Assembly: GCF_009914755.1 (NCBI RefSeq) | Contig: NC_060931.1 | DNA from: the human T2T-CHM13v2.0 reference genome, Homo sapiens | Direction: 5' to 3' (one strand) | DNA: 64,000 bases | Shown here: positions 31,478 to 43,360 of the stretch, in pieces | Numbering within the stretch: the stretch's first letter is position 1 | How the letters are laid out: each line of letters begins with the position of its first letter | Program-made: the position numbers and the translations under genes | The notes under the pieces: generated by a model | What the model was told of the DNA's origin: nothing | What the model saw: the letters and a program-made list of their open reading frames with translations, nothing else | Databases searched by the model: none

Positions 31478-32916
31478 CAATTTTACATAGGAGGCTCAGA
31501 GAGGTTAATTTACCAATTATCATATAGGAATGAGTAGAGAAAACAGATCTGGAACCCAGTCTTTAGGCTTTAGGTTCAATTTGTCATTAAACAATACCAC
31601 TTTCTTCTCAACTAAAATAAGGTATAATACTGTAAGGATGATCATTCCTACACGATTATATGACTGATACTAGTATGTCAAGCTTCCTACAGTACAGAGA
31701 CACAGTATATGTCCCTGCATTCTTAACGAATATAATGGGAATCTCCAAAATAAGTCCATTTGTGGTGCTCCATTGTGCTCTGTGGAGTTGTTACTATTTT
31801 CTGGAAAATGGCTATTTTTAATGTGCATATCATGAAAATAAACACTTAACACATTTAGAGAATTTTAATACTAAAATATTACTGACACTGAGACTACACA
31901 CTTAAATCTTAATTACAATAAGCATCTGTGTAATTTTAAACAATTAGAATATATCAGACAGGAAATGCTCAACTGCTATTTCTTTAAGGTTCTGCATTTT
32001 GGCTTTAGGTCTTCAACCTTGTAGCATTACACAAATGTAGTAAAATATATGATCAAAATGCTCATGATGGTAAAATATTAAATCAAAATCCATAAAGTAG
32101 TTCCTATCTTACAGGACAAGGTAGCCAGCTCTTAAGCCTGTCCACTTCTGGAGAAGGTCAAGAGAACATTTTATTGTTATAATCACATCTGCATATAATG
32201 TTCCTTCACACAAATCTCCTCTTTTGAGCCATATAACTTTGCAAAACAGGTAGGCAGGACGGGTATACTACCATCCTATTTTTCAATGATGGCCTTAGAG
32301 AAGTCTCAATAACTTAACTAAGGATACGTAACTATTAAAAGGAATTCAAGAATCTAATCTACAATTTTTTAGCTCCAAATCCCAGCCTTTTCTTCTAAGC
32401 CATGTTTTAGCCCAGTGGTTCTCCACCCTGACTGCCATGAGGACACCTAAGATGCTTTGAAAATATCACTGCCTGGACCTCATCCCCCAGATACTTGATA
32501 TAATTGCACTGGTTTGTGTTAGCTGTCTAATATATAATAAACCAGTGTTGGTAAATTCACAGAAAGTTTATATCACAAGGGAGAAAATGCTGATACGTCT
32601 ATATGTAAACTGAAACATATTAACCCCCTAAGAACTCCCTCAAACACAAAAATATCTTGCAATAAAATCACACAGAACAAGAAGAAAGGGAAGATGAGAA
32701 ACCCAAGCCCCTTCTGCTGCTATCATGGGGCCATTAAGGAATATTTTATTCCCCTAATCTTACTCCCCGAACCTCACCATGCCATATCTCAAGCTATAGC
32801 TCAGGTATCACCTTTTGTGAGACCTTCAGGATCACAAAAATAATGAAGTCCATTTTTTGCATCTATCTTACCTTGAACTCTATCATAGCACATATTGTCC
32901 CTCAAAGCATTGCTTT

Positions 32917-33193
<277 letters not shown>

Positions 33194-33243
33194 GCTGCTT
33201 TATTTATATATCCATTTTTCTCACTGCCCTGAGGGGTCCTTAA

Positions 33244-33372
33244 CCCATTTATGCTGGAGGTTGCAAATTTTTTTTGTGAAAAATCAGGCCTTGGCGATGA
33301 CCTTGAGAAGTAGGATATAAATAACTCCCACTAGCTTAGCGCTCCAATAATGGAGCACTAGGCATAAATGCA
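33244..33372 (-). mobile_element. MER85 (piggyBac/PGBD3-derived MITE)
   Basis: TTAA target duplications at 33240-33243 and 33373-33376; TIR CCCATTTATGC; body matches the reverse MER85 consensus (tcaaggtcatcgccaagg, gttatttatatcctac). Confidence 0.92.
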
Positions 33373-33899
33373 TTAAGATCAGATCCCTATGTTACTCATC
33401 CTTCCTGCCATATATATCTTTGTATCCAGGGCCTTTACCATAGCAGATATTAATACGTGTTGGCTATGCTGAATGATTTTTATGTTTGTTATCATTATTT
33501 CCTCCATTCTCCTAGCAGACACTCCTGTGAAATTTTTCAACTTTTAATAAAGGAAAATGGAGTTTTTACGCACAACTGGATTAGGTTAGAGAATAATGTA
33601 TGCAAAAGGGCCAGACGTAGTGAGAGCAAGACAGCAGTGAACTGTGGGGCAGGAAAGAATAGAGTAGAAAGGACATTTAAAATTCATATCTAACAGTTGG
33701 GGTCAGATATGAATTTTGCAAGCCGGGAAGGAGTAGGCAAACAAAGCGACAACCTAATCTTCATTCACAAAAAAAAAATATGACAAGCAAGGAATCAGGC
33801 AACTGTATTTTCAACATCTCCCTTTCTATGGTGTTTCTAACTCACAGCATACAGACATGTTGTTTCTCTCTCAAAAAATAAAATCTGAAGCAGTGATAT

Positions 33900-34316
33900 G
33901 ATTTCACTATGTATTTGACTTTTTTTTAAGATTCCACATGTGAGATAATACAATATTTTTCTTTCTGCATTTGGCTTACTTCACTTAGCATAATGTCCCC
34001 TAGGTTTACCTATCTTATGGCAAAAAGCAGAATCTATTTCTTTTTTAAGGCTGAATAATATTCCATTCTATATATGTACTGCAGTTTGATTTTCTGTTGT
34101 CTTTTGTTGGACAGTTAGGTTGTTTCCATATATTCACACCCATCAAGATGGCTACTACCAAATAAAACAAGAGATAAGTGTTGGCGAGGGTGGGAGAAAA
34201 GAGAACCCTTGTATACTATTGGTACAACCATTATGGAAAAAGTAGGGAGGTTCCTAAAGAAATTAAAAATAGAACTACCATTACTTCTATTTTGTACCAA
34301 TTAGCCATCCCTCTTC

Positions 34317-34370
<54 letters not shown>

Positions 34371-34775
34371 CAAAGAAAATGAAACCGCAACCTTGTAAAG
34401 ATATCAGTCGGAATTTTTAAAAGCTCTCTAGGGGATTCTAATATGTGTGCATACAGAGACGGAGAATAAAACAGTGATCCCAGGGGAGGGGGAAGGAAAT
34501 TGAGATGTAGGTCAAAGGACACAAAGTAGCAGCCATGTATAATGAAAGAGTTTGGGAACTCATGTACAGCATCAGTACTATATAATACTGTATTGTATTC
34601 CTGACTTTTGCTAAATGAGTAGATTTTAGCTACTCTTGTCATACACACAAAAATGGATAACTATGTAAGATGATGGATGTTACTATGTCTCACTACAGTA
34701 ACCATTTTACTATTTACATGTATTCCATAACATGTTATTTTCCTTAAATATACACAATAAAATGTATTAAGTAAA
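33900..34775. mobile_element. Rearranged L1MA 3' end: minus segment ~33900-34134, plus segments 34135-34405 and ~34450-34775; (TA)n at 34325-34368
   Basis: L1 3' segments present in non-colinear order and orientation. Confidence 0.8.
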
Positions 34776-34789
34776 TACCCTGACTGAAG

Positions 34790-36190
34790 AACAATTATCT
34801 CCTAAGAGGGACCCAAGCATATCTACTCTCTATTCTCATGTCCAGCCCCCTTCAGCCTCATCTCCTATTCAGTCCTTTACCCACAGCACGATAGCTTTAC
34901 CTCCACCACTACAATGAAACCAGTGACTTCTAACAGTCATTGATGATTTAACTTTACAATCATCATCATACTTAATGGCCACTCTCCTTCAGCATCTTTA
35001 CATCTTTCTCTTTTATGGTTTCTCCTTTAAATTTTTACATTCTCTAAGACTAATTTTTAGCCCTTTTCTCTTCTCTTTCTATACAATACCTCTATGTACT
35101 TTTATCCGTATCTATGGATACTTCAGTTACTCTCCATATGGTAAGAACACACAAATCTGTTTCTCCAGCCTTTGCAATCTCTTGTGATGTTCCAGGATCC
35201 TATATCCAACTGCCTTCTAGACATCTCACACTTGCCAATGATATGCCCTGCGAGCATGTTAAACACAGGTCCAAAGTTGAACTCATTCTCTTCTCCCTCA
35301 TACCTTCTTCCTCTTCTCTTTTCCCACTCACAACCCAGAAACCTAGGAAGCATTCTAACATTCTCCCTCTCCCATATCTTTTACATTCAAACAGTCACAA
35401 AGACCAGCAAATTCTCCCTCATCTTACTTTTCCTAAACATTCTCACTTCTCTATTCCCACTACTTCCACCTTTATCTAAGCTTTCAACCTCTCTTATCCC
35501 TACTAATGTACTGTCCTTGAAAGCTTCCAGTCTTGCCATGACCCCACACCCAACCCCACTCCACCCTCAATCTACCCAGCACACTGCTTTCAGTGATCTT
35601 CCACGACACTCACAATTCTTCAGTGGCTCACTACTACACATGGTATAAGAAGTGTACCCTCAACTGGCTATCCAGTTTCATCTAGGAAGTGTACCCTGAA
35701 CTGGCTAACCAGTTTCATCTCCTTTCACTCCTGACCTTGTCCTTCACACTCTAATATAACTGACCTACATATAGTTCCCAGTACACACTATGTTCTCGTA
35801 ATGCCACACAACTACTCATGCTGTTAGCTTTACCTAGAAATGCTTTCTATTGCTTGTCAACATGCCCACTCCTACTCAGTTTTCAAGTCTCAGCTCAAAC
35901 ACAACCACTACTAAAACCCTTACCTGGTATTCCAGGCAGAGATCAAGAGCTCTTGCTAGATTTCATTTGTACTTGTACCTACCTCTGTTATAGCAAATAG
36001 CATACAGTATTTGAACTATTGGTCAAGATATCTGTAGTCCTACAGACTATAAGATCCTTGGTCAAAGATGACTTTTCATCTTTATATCCTCCTAACTAGT
36101 TCAATTCACACAGTCACTAGTTCCATGTACATTACTAGCTCAATGCAGATAGATATACTAAAAAAAGGAGGGGCGAGGTTAATGAATAAG
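34790..36190 (+). mobile_element. L2 (~1.4 kb)
   Basis: atatccaactgccttctagacatctc and caaagttgaactc L2 motifs; ends near aatgaat. Confidence 0.75.
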
Positions 36191-36744
36191 GTACGAGTCA
36201 ATGAAAGAACAAGAAAATCAACTGGACTTTGAGTATAGAAAAAAAAACACCAGATCTTAAGAACGTACAGACATCTTTAGTACAGACATCTGTTACTGTA
36301 GTACAGATATCCATTACTAAGTCCTAACCATTAAAAAAAATAGAAAAATATGGTTATTCAGGTAGTATGAAGATGACAAAGAAAAAAACTTATTATTGGA
36401 CTAAGTAGACATTAAGAAGGTAAGAGTTTCCAGCGGAACAGTTGACAAAGATCAACAGAGAAGCCAGAGAAAAAGATGGTTCTTTCTAGGAAACAAGTAA
36501 TTCATTGATCTAAATTCATGGACTGAGCAAAAGACTGCCACCTTTCTCTCAGTTCACAACCCCTCTCCTTTGTCATTATTCTGCATGACCCCTTCTGAGT
36601 CCTCACTACCAAATCCCCAATACCATGGGTAGTTCCCCTCCAATGGAGCCACAGGTCCAGGCCAGTGACTTAATCTGGATGCAAGGGCAAGGGGTAGAAG
36701 GGTATCTTTGTTCTTGTGTCTAGGACTTTGAGGAAAAATGAAAC

Positions 36745-36945
36745 AACTATTTACTGAGAATTTATTTTACGGCAGATTCTGTGCCACATTACACTCACTC
36801 ACTGAATTTCACAGTAATCATAAGTAATTATCCCATTTATAGATGAGGAATTTGTGTCCAAGGTCAACAGTTAAGCAATAACAGGCCCTGCCTGAAAACC
36901 TAAGAATGACAACCTCCAGAGCTTTTTCTATACCCCTCACTACCT
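36745..36945 (-). mobile_element. MIR
   Basis: attatcccatttatagatgagg...ccaaggtcaacag core. Confidence 0.65.
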
Positions 36946-39900
36946 CAAAATGGAGGGAGACGTGGTCCAGCCATTCTAGGTTGGCACTCAGGAGACACTT
37001 ACCTCCAAAACACTATTATATATGTTGATTAGAGTCTACAGTACCACTAATATATAGTAAGCACACAATGAGTTTAAAAAGCTTTCCTTAGTACCTTTAG
37101 GAAAGTAAGTACTAGATTTCCTGGGGTTCTGATCTGGAAATCTAAATGCTACTTATTCCTATAAGTACATTGTTAACTTTACAAACAACAGACTTGAAAA
37201 TGAACTTGTGGAATACAATGGGTTCTTAAGTAAGGCTTTTCTTTAAGAATATTTTCTTGCTTCCACAAAAAATACAAAAGCCACCAAGGATAGAATGATT
37301 TTGCCTTGTTAACTTGTAAGAACAATGACACTAGAAGAAACCTATGGGAAATGTGCTTATCTGACCAGGTGCTCATTTTCGGTGGGCTGTCATTTGAATA
37401 AAACATCATACTAAACCCTACAGACCACAGCTTATGAGAGAAATGCCACAAACTATAGCAGTACAGTTAATATGCCTATAATCTACTGACAAAACATACT
37501 CCTCAGTAAAGTGAAACCAGATGTCTGGTGTGAAATCAGATGTCTGTGAACTTGTCTTTCTCAGTTTTCAGAGCAGTATCAGATATACTAAATACACAGC
37601 TAAGCTGTATATTAAATCCACAACTTAGCAAAATCATGACAGTTTGGACATGAAGCATCAGCATTTTTATTGTAATCCTTATAAACCAAAGACATTTCCG
37701 AAATGGAAATCCTAAGTTTAAGTACTCAGCTAAATACAGTAATATGTCTTTCTCACTTTAAGAATAGTGTCAGGGCTTTTTAAACACATTATAGAAATTC
37801 TTTCCCTTCATTTTTCAAGCTGACACTCTTTATCCAAGGCTGTGGAATGATCTGATAAGGCCACATCAGGTGTCAGTCCTCGTCCCAGAAATTCTAGGAT
37901 CAGATACACCAGGTGAACCCCTGTGAAAAGCAAATCCCAGGGAGGCTTAACAGCTATAGGAAAGTTAGGCACTACATGGCTTTCCACAATCAAAAGGAAG
38001 ATCATAGGAAAGTAATGGGTGACCACATAGAAAAACAGGGAAGGAAATTTAAAAGTAAGTACTTCTATGCCAGGCACTGTTTTTTCACACATTCTTTTAT
38101 GTATACTCTTTGTTCTGTTTTGATGGATAAGAAATCAAGCAGCAGAGAAATTTTAATGGCCCAAAGTGACACAGCTAATAAAATAAGAGCCAGAAATCAA
38201 GCTCATGTCCAAAAGACTGTAAAAGTCATGCTACTTCTACATGAAGTTGTGGGGTGGAGTGAGGAGGGGTGGTAAATAGCCAAGAAGAAGGAGAAAAAGA
38301 AAGAAATTTACAATTTTATCAAATAACAGTGAAATATATATATATAAAACATGTATTATGTTCCACATGTTCCATATATAATACGCAGTTAAGATGTATA
38401 CATGTTTAACATATACTTAAGCTGCATATTTAGTATGTGTATATATGGAACAAAAAGTTGAAGAAACAAGTATCAAATTGTTAAGTGGTCATCTGAAAGT
38501 GGACTCATAGGAAACTCACTTATTGCCTTTTATACCCTCCCAGATTTAATTCTAAATAACTTTTTTTTGACTTTTTATTACTCTTATAACCAGAAAAAGA
38601 CAAAGAACTATTCTAGCTTAGATCTTTTAAATGAGGCTAAATGCACAGAAACCCATGCAAGTTAAAAATGGTCTACTTTCGAATTTATTTTTCTAAGTAC
38701 ATCATCCTTTACACTCTCCATGATTCCTAATATTAGGTCCTTCTTATGGAACAACTACAAAAGTTATCCTCATCTAATTATTATACTCGTACACTGGAAA
38801 ATGACTATAACATTATTCATTATAGGAAACAAATCATCAAGGTCAGCCATCCTTGTAAGTTTATTACTGAAAGTACTAGAAAGGCGGAATAATAATTCTG
38901 TTCTCCCACAACACTGTATAGACCTGCAAACCACTATGATCAGTAGTACAGGGAAAGTCTTGTAAATTAACATGTAACTATTGAGAAAATCCACAAAACT
39001 GGTGAAAGGCCTACCCCAAAACAGCCATCTCCAATACAATCTCATCATTCTCACCATCCTACTTTTATCAAAGTGCTGATAAAAGTGCGTAGCACATGGT
39101 AAGAGAGAATTAGCTATTGAATCAATGAAGGAACCCATTATCAATAAACAATCACTTCCTGTTTTCCATAAATTATGTGGTCACCTATCACTTGAGCACA
39201 AACAAATAGGCACGTTCAGGACACAGGCAGCCAGTATCAGAATAGGCAGCCTATCACAGAGGGCAATTCTACTTTTCCTGTGTAAGAATCCAAGAATGCA
39301 GTTTTACTACATTCCTGCTTGTAGCTAATCTGAATTTCAACTAATTTAAAACGGTTATTTATATGTGACATATAGGATGCATAATGAGCTCCCAACCTTG
39401 TGAGAGGAGCTGTGTTTCATTTCACCATACAGGGGAGAGGGAAGCAGTGTATTAAAGAAGTGATAGAAAAGTCCCACAGAAGAACCAATGAAATAGACCA
39501 CACTGAAAATCACAGTAAGCCTCAGAGAACTTCAGTGTCCTTTTTGGCAACTTTTCAAAAGTGAATGGAATGCTTGCCAGGAGGTACCAAGAGTGAAAGC
39601 CCAGAGAAAAAGGCCCAGCCTGGTCATCTCTCTCCCCTCAAAACATCTTCTTCTGTAAGCTTGAGAGATCCCAAAGAACTTCAACACTTGTAATCTTGTT
39701 ACTAACTTTATGCTTTGGGGTCCTAAAGGATTTTTTCAGGAGTACCCTTTTAAAATGTAAACATCCCTAGGGGGGTTACTGTTCATTATCAAACAGGACC
39801 TGGATTCTTTAGTGCTATGGTCTCAGGGATTAGTCAAAGCTGGCTAATAAGATAGGGGCCGGAGACAGACAACTAGAGAGGACCAATGTTCCAAGGTAAA

Positions 39901-40175
39901 AACAGGTAAAGGGGAAGTGCAGTTTTCTGTCGGGTCAAGGGGCTAAAAGGGATCCACATGCCCAAGCTGTTAAACTCTATAGACTGTGTGAGGCTGAAAA
40001 CAGTCCGGGGCCTGGAGCCTGTGACTTTGAAGGTGGGTCCTCCAGTTCCCGATGAAAAGGTAGAATCTGGGCCCAAGTTCCCCACGAGCAGTTCTGGACA
40101 TCTAGCCCTTCTCTCTCTCGCTCGCTCTCAGGATAAAGTCCTAGGTCCTTCCACCCCTGACCATTCCTTACTTAC

Positions 40176-40620
40176 CCTTTCTCCCGCTCTTCCTCGGTGA
40201 GAAGGGGTAAGTGGTTATTTTGTGCCCTCGCCCAATTTGGCCAAAACCCTAAAAGTAAAAAACGACAGACAGACACGTGCTTTAAAATCATGTTGTTCAA
40301 GCCTGACGCTCTCCCACCACCTGCCCAACACTTCCAGGCAGAAGGCAGCGCGCCCCCACAGCGCTCCCTCACGGCCAGAGCCGGGGGCCGGACTAGGCCC
40401 CTTTGTGAGGACTGGGAGAGGGCGCGTTGTTGGGGCGCCGGCTCGGCGGGGAGGAGCGGGCCAGCTCCGGGCCAGGTGTGCCGCCTGTGGCGCCGGTTTC
40501 TCAACCTAGTTAGCCAGTGGCACCAAGAAGAGGACTAGGCTGGGGTGGCCGCCGCACGCGCCTCAGATAAACACGCGCACGCACACATGCTCGCGATCAC
40601 GCAGGACTCGCGGCCGCGCA
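40176..40620 (-). other. IMMP2L: Non-coding first exon (5'UTR) of a minus-strand gene, most likely IMMP2L (inner mitochondrial membrane peptidase subunit 2); 5' boundary approximate
   Basis: Lies in a CpG island and ends at a consensus donor GAGAAAGG|GTAAGT (intron starts at 40175). The exon end ...CACCGAGGAAGAGCGGGAGAAAGG matches my recollection of the IMMP2L mRNA just before GT-ATG-GCA-CAG (MAQSQGW). No coding exon in the 40 kb downstream fits a ~40 kb intron 1. Gene identity is from memory only. Confidence 0.72.
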
Positions 40621-40960
40621 CCCCTCCGCCTCCCGGCAACGCCCGCCCCGCCGGGGCCGGGGCCGACTCCCAGGGAAGGGTCCCCAGCCCAAGAGACCAC
40701 CAAGGGTCGGCGGCTACGCGCCCGCCGACCCCTGCCAGCCTCACAGCCCCCCACCCGCCGCCGGACGCCTGGCGCCCGCCCTCCGCACCCGCTGCGCAGC
40801 TCAGCCCGGGGGAAGTCCCCGCGCAGACCCCGCCCTCCGCCGGCGGCAAGCTCCGCCCCGCTGCCCCGTCGCGCGCTGGCCGCCCGAAGCTCCGCCCCCG
40901 GCGGAAAACTGGTCTCTGGACCGCCCGCCCAGGTCGGGCTCAAAATGCGGCGTGGATCTG
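40300..40960 (-). promoter_or_regulatory. CpG-island promoter
   Basis: Very high GC and CpG density. GC boxes (AAGCTCCGCCCC at ~40848 and ~40887, several CCGCCC), NRF1-like GCGCACGCAC at ~40575, TCGCGA core at 40591-40596, kB-type GGGGAAGTCCCC at 40809-40820. Confidence 0.9.
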
Positions 40961-41340
40961 AAAGGATCAAACACAACACTAATTCAGCAAGCTATTATTG
41001 AGCACTTGCCCTAAGCTCAGCAACGTACTAATGGGGGAGACTACAATAAAGAGCCGAAAAGTCTATGAAACTGTGTCTTCAGCTCTTCCTCTTGTTTTAG
41101 AAGCCAGGAAACAGAGAACCCTCACAGTTACTTAAGTACAGGGCAGTAGTGGCAAAGCACCTCACTAGCGATCTCTGGGCAACTCTTCATTTCATTTTTT
41201 CCTACTCATGAGCACTCAGGAAAACTATTCAGTTTTGCTGCCTCCAGGTAAAACAAAGTGAGTAACACAGGACAGGCGGTTTACTTGAGAGAAACGGGAA
41301 TTTCATACTGAAGCTTTTGCCCTCAAATGGTACAAACTCT

Positions 41341-41646
<306 letters not shown>

Positions 41647-41877
41647 CTACAAAGAAACCTTCTTATCCATGTTATTAATTATCCTAATTCAATGTGGTTT
41701 AAAATGTTGATGAAAGTACCCAAATCATGGTGCTCCAACAAGCTGGATGCCAACCAGGTACTCGTAAGTACTTGCAATTACAGGTGCGATATTTTCATTC
41801 CATATCATCCCAAGATGCCCTTCCTTCACGTGAAGCAGCCAGAAAGATCAACTACCAGATTCCGCATGATTGAGGAA

Positions 41878-42273
41878 TTGATAAATAGAAAGGGAAGACC
41901 GAAACCGGCCAAATTTTCCCTTCGAAGTGAAACTTGAGAAACTTGCGTGCATTTTACCTGAGTTCCTTTCTCAGCAGATAAACTGTCAGACCTCCCAGAT
42001 AGTGTCAAGGAAATGCAACTTTCCAGAACACTACATCTGGACAATGAGGTGCATCTGCTGCCTGTTCACAAACTCCTCTTCCTTACCCCTCCATAATTCC
42101 CTGCTATAGAAAGCCCTAACTTTAGTCTCCCTAAGACATGTTTGAGACTGGTCTCCCTGCCAGCATCACCTGCATTAAAGCCTGTCTTCCCTGGCAATAC
42201 TCGTTGTCTCAGGGACTGGTTTTCTTTGCTAGGAGCAACCCAACCTAGGCTGAAGCCCAGGCATTTAGCAGCA
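41878..42273 (+). mobile_element. ERV1 solo LTR (MER39/MER34-like)
   Basis: ttacctgagttcctttctcag, attaaagcctgtcttccctggcaatactcgttgtctcag. Confidence 0.65.
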
Positions 42274-42921
42274 GTGGCACCTAGAAATACTGAACAGACA
42301 TAAAATACTTTTTTTCTCCTTTTCTTACTCCTCCAGTTGTATCTTCATTATTTCTGTCTCTATTCTCCCTCTAGATACTGCCAAACTACTCTGTGCACTT
42401 TCAGATCACTTAATACTAATGTAAATAACAGACATTCTGGCACTCTTGGTTCAAAATTTATTCTAAAGGTTTAAGAATCTACTCAGGGTCTTAAATAGCC
42501 TGATAACTAAAATTCCAAGAGTTTCCTAAAGAGAGCAAAATTGCTCTCCTGTGAAGGGGATATGTCCCAGTTTTTCTTACTTGTCACTGAAATAATTACT
42601 GCAAAGTAAGCTCTTTTCTGCCAGTGCTTAAGGACTTAATTTCAAGAGCACTTAGGTGACAGGACCACCCTCATCAAATAGCAGTCAAGAACTATTTGGT
42701 ACCATGACCCCAAATTGAATGGAGCTCCTGGTCACTAGGAACTGACAGTCTGGGATGGAATGTAGGTGAATAAACAACAAAGACAGGTGTTTATGGCCTT
42801 TATTGTATTGGGAAGTCAATAAACATACAAAAAGAGTTGCTAGGTCTGGCCTGATTTTATCACTAAGATTCATCAAGTGTACTTAAAAAGAAGCTAATAT
42901 CTGGAAAGGGCAGAACTATGG

Positions 42922-43360
42922 TATATTAGTCAGGGTTTCCTAGAGGGACAGAACTAATAGGATAGACATATAAATATAAAGAGGAGTTTATTAAGTATTA
43001 ACTTACATGATGACAAAGTCCCACAATAGGCTGTCTGCAAGCTTGAGGAGCAAGAGAGCCAGTCCGAGTCTCAAAATTGAAGAACTTTGAATCCGATGTT
43101 TGAGGGCAGTAAGCGTCCAGCACAGGAGAAAGCTGTAGGCTGAGAGACTAGGCCAGTCTCTCCTTTTCATGTTTTTCTGCCTGCTTTATATTCACTGGCA
43201 GCTTATTAGATGGTGCCCACCCAATTAAAGGTGGGTCTGCCTTTCCCAGCCCACTGACTCAAATGTTAATCTCCTTGGCAACACCCTCATAGACACACCC
43301 AGGATCAATACTTTCTATCCTTCAATACATTCAAGCTGACACTCAGTATTAACCATCACA
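42922..43360 (-). mobile_element. MLT2A1-type (HERV-L) solo LTR
   Basis: Matches reverse MLT2A consensus end to end (…cactcagtattaaccatcaca); perfect 5-bp TSD tatgg (42917-42921 and 43361-43365); inserted in L1MC (~42900-43730). Confidence 0.9.

Noticed and set aside
35114-35648. 121-158 aa ORFs
   Set aside because: Inside decayed pyrimidine-rich L2.
40204-40212. Plus-strand GGG|GTAAGT as the donor of an antisense gene
   Set aside because: No supporting plus-strand exon or promoter seen to its left; explained as the hairpin arm, though an antisense transcript cannot be excluded.
40197-40979. 95-138 aa ORFs on both strands
   Set aside because: CpG-island compositional ORFs, Pro/Ala/Arg-rich and mostly without ATG starts.
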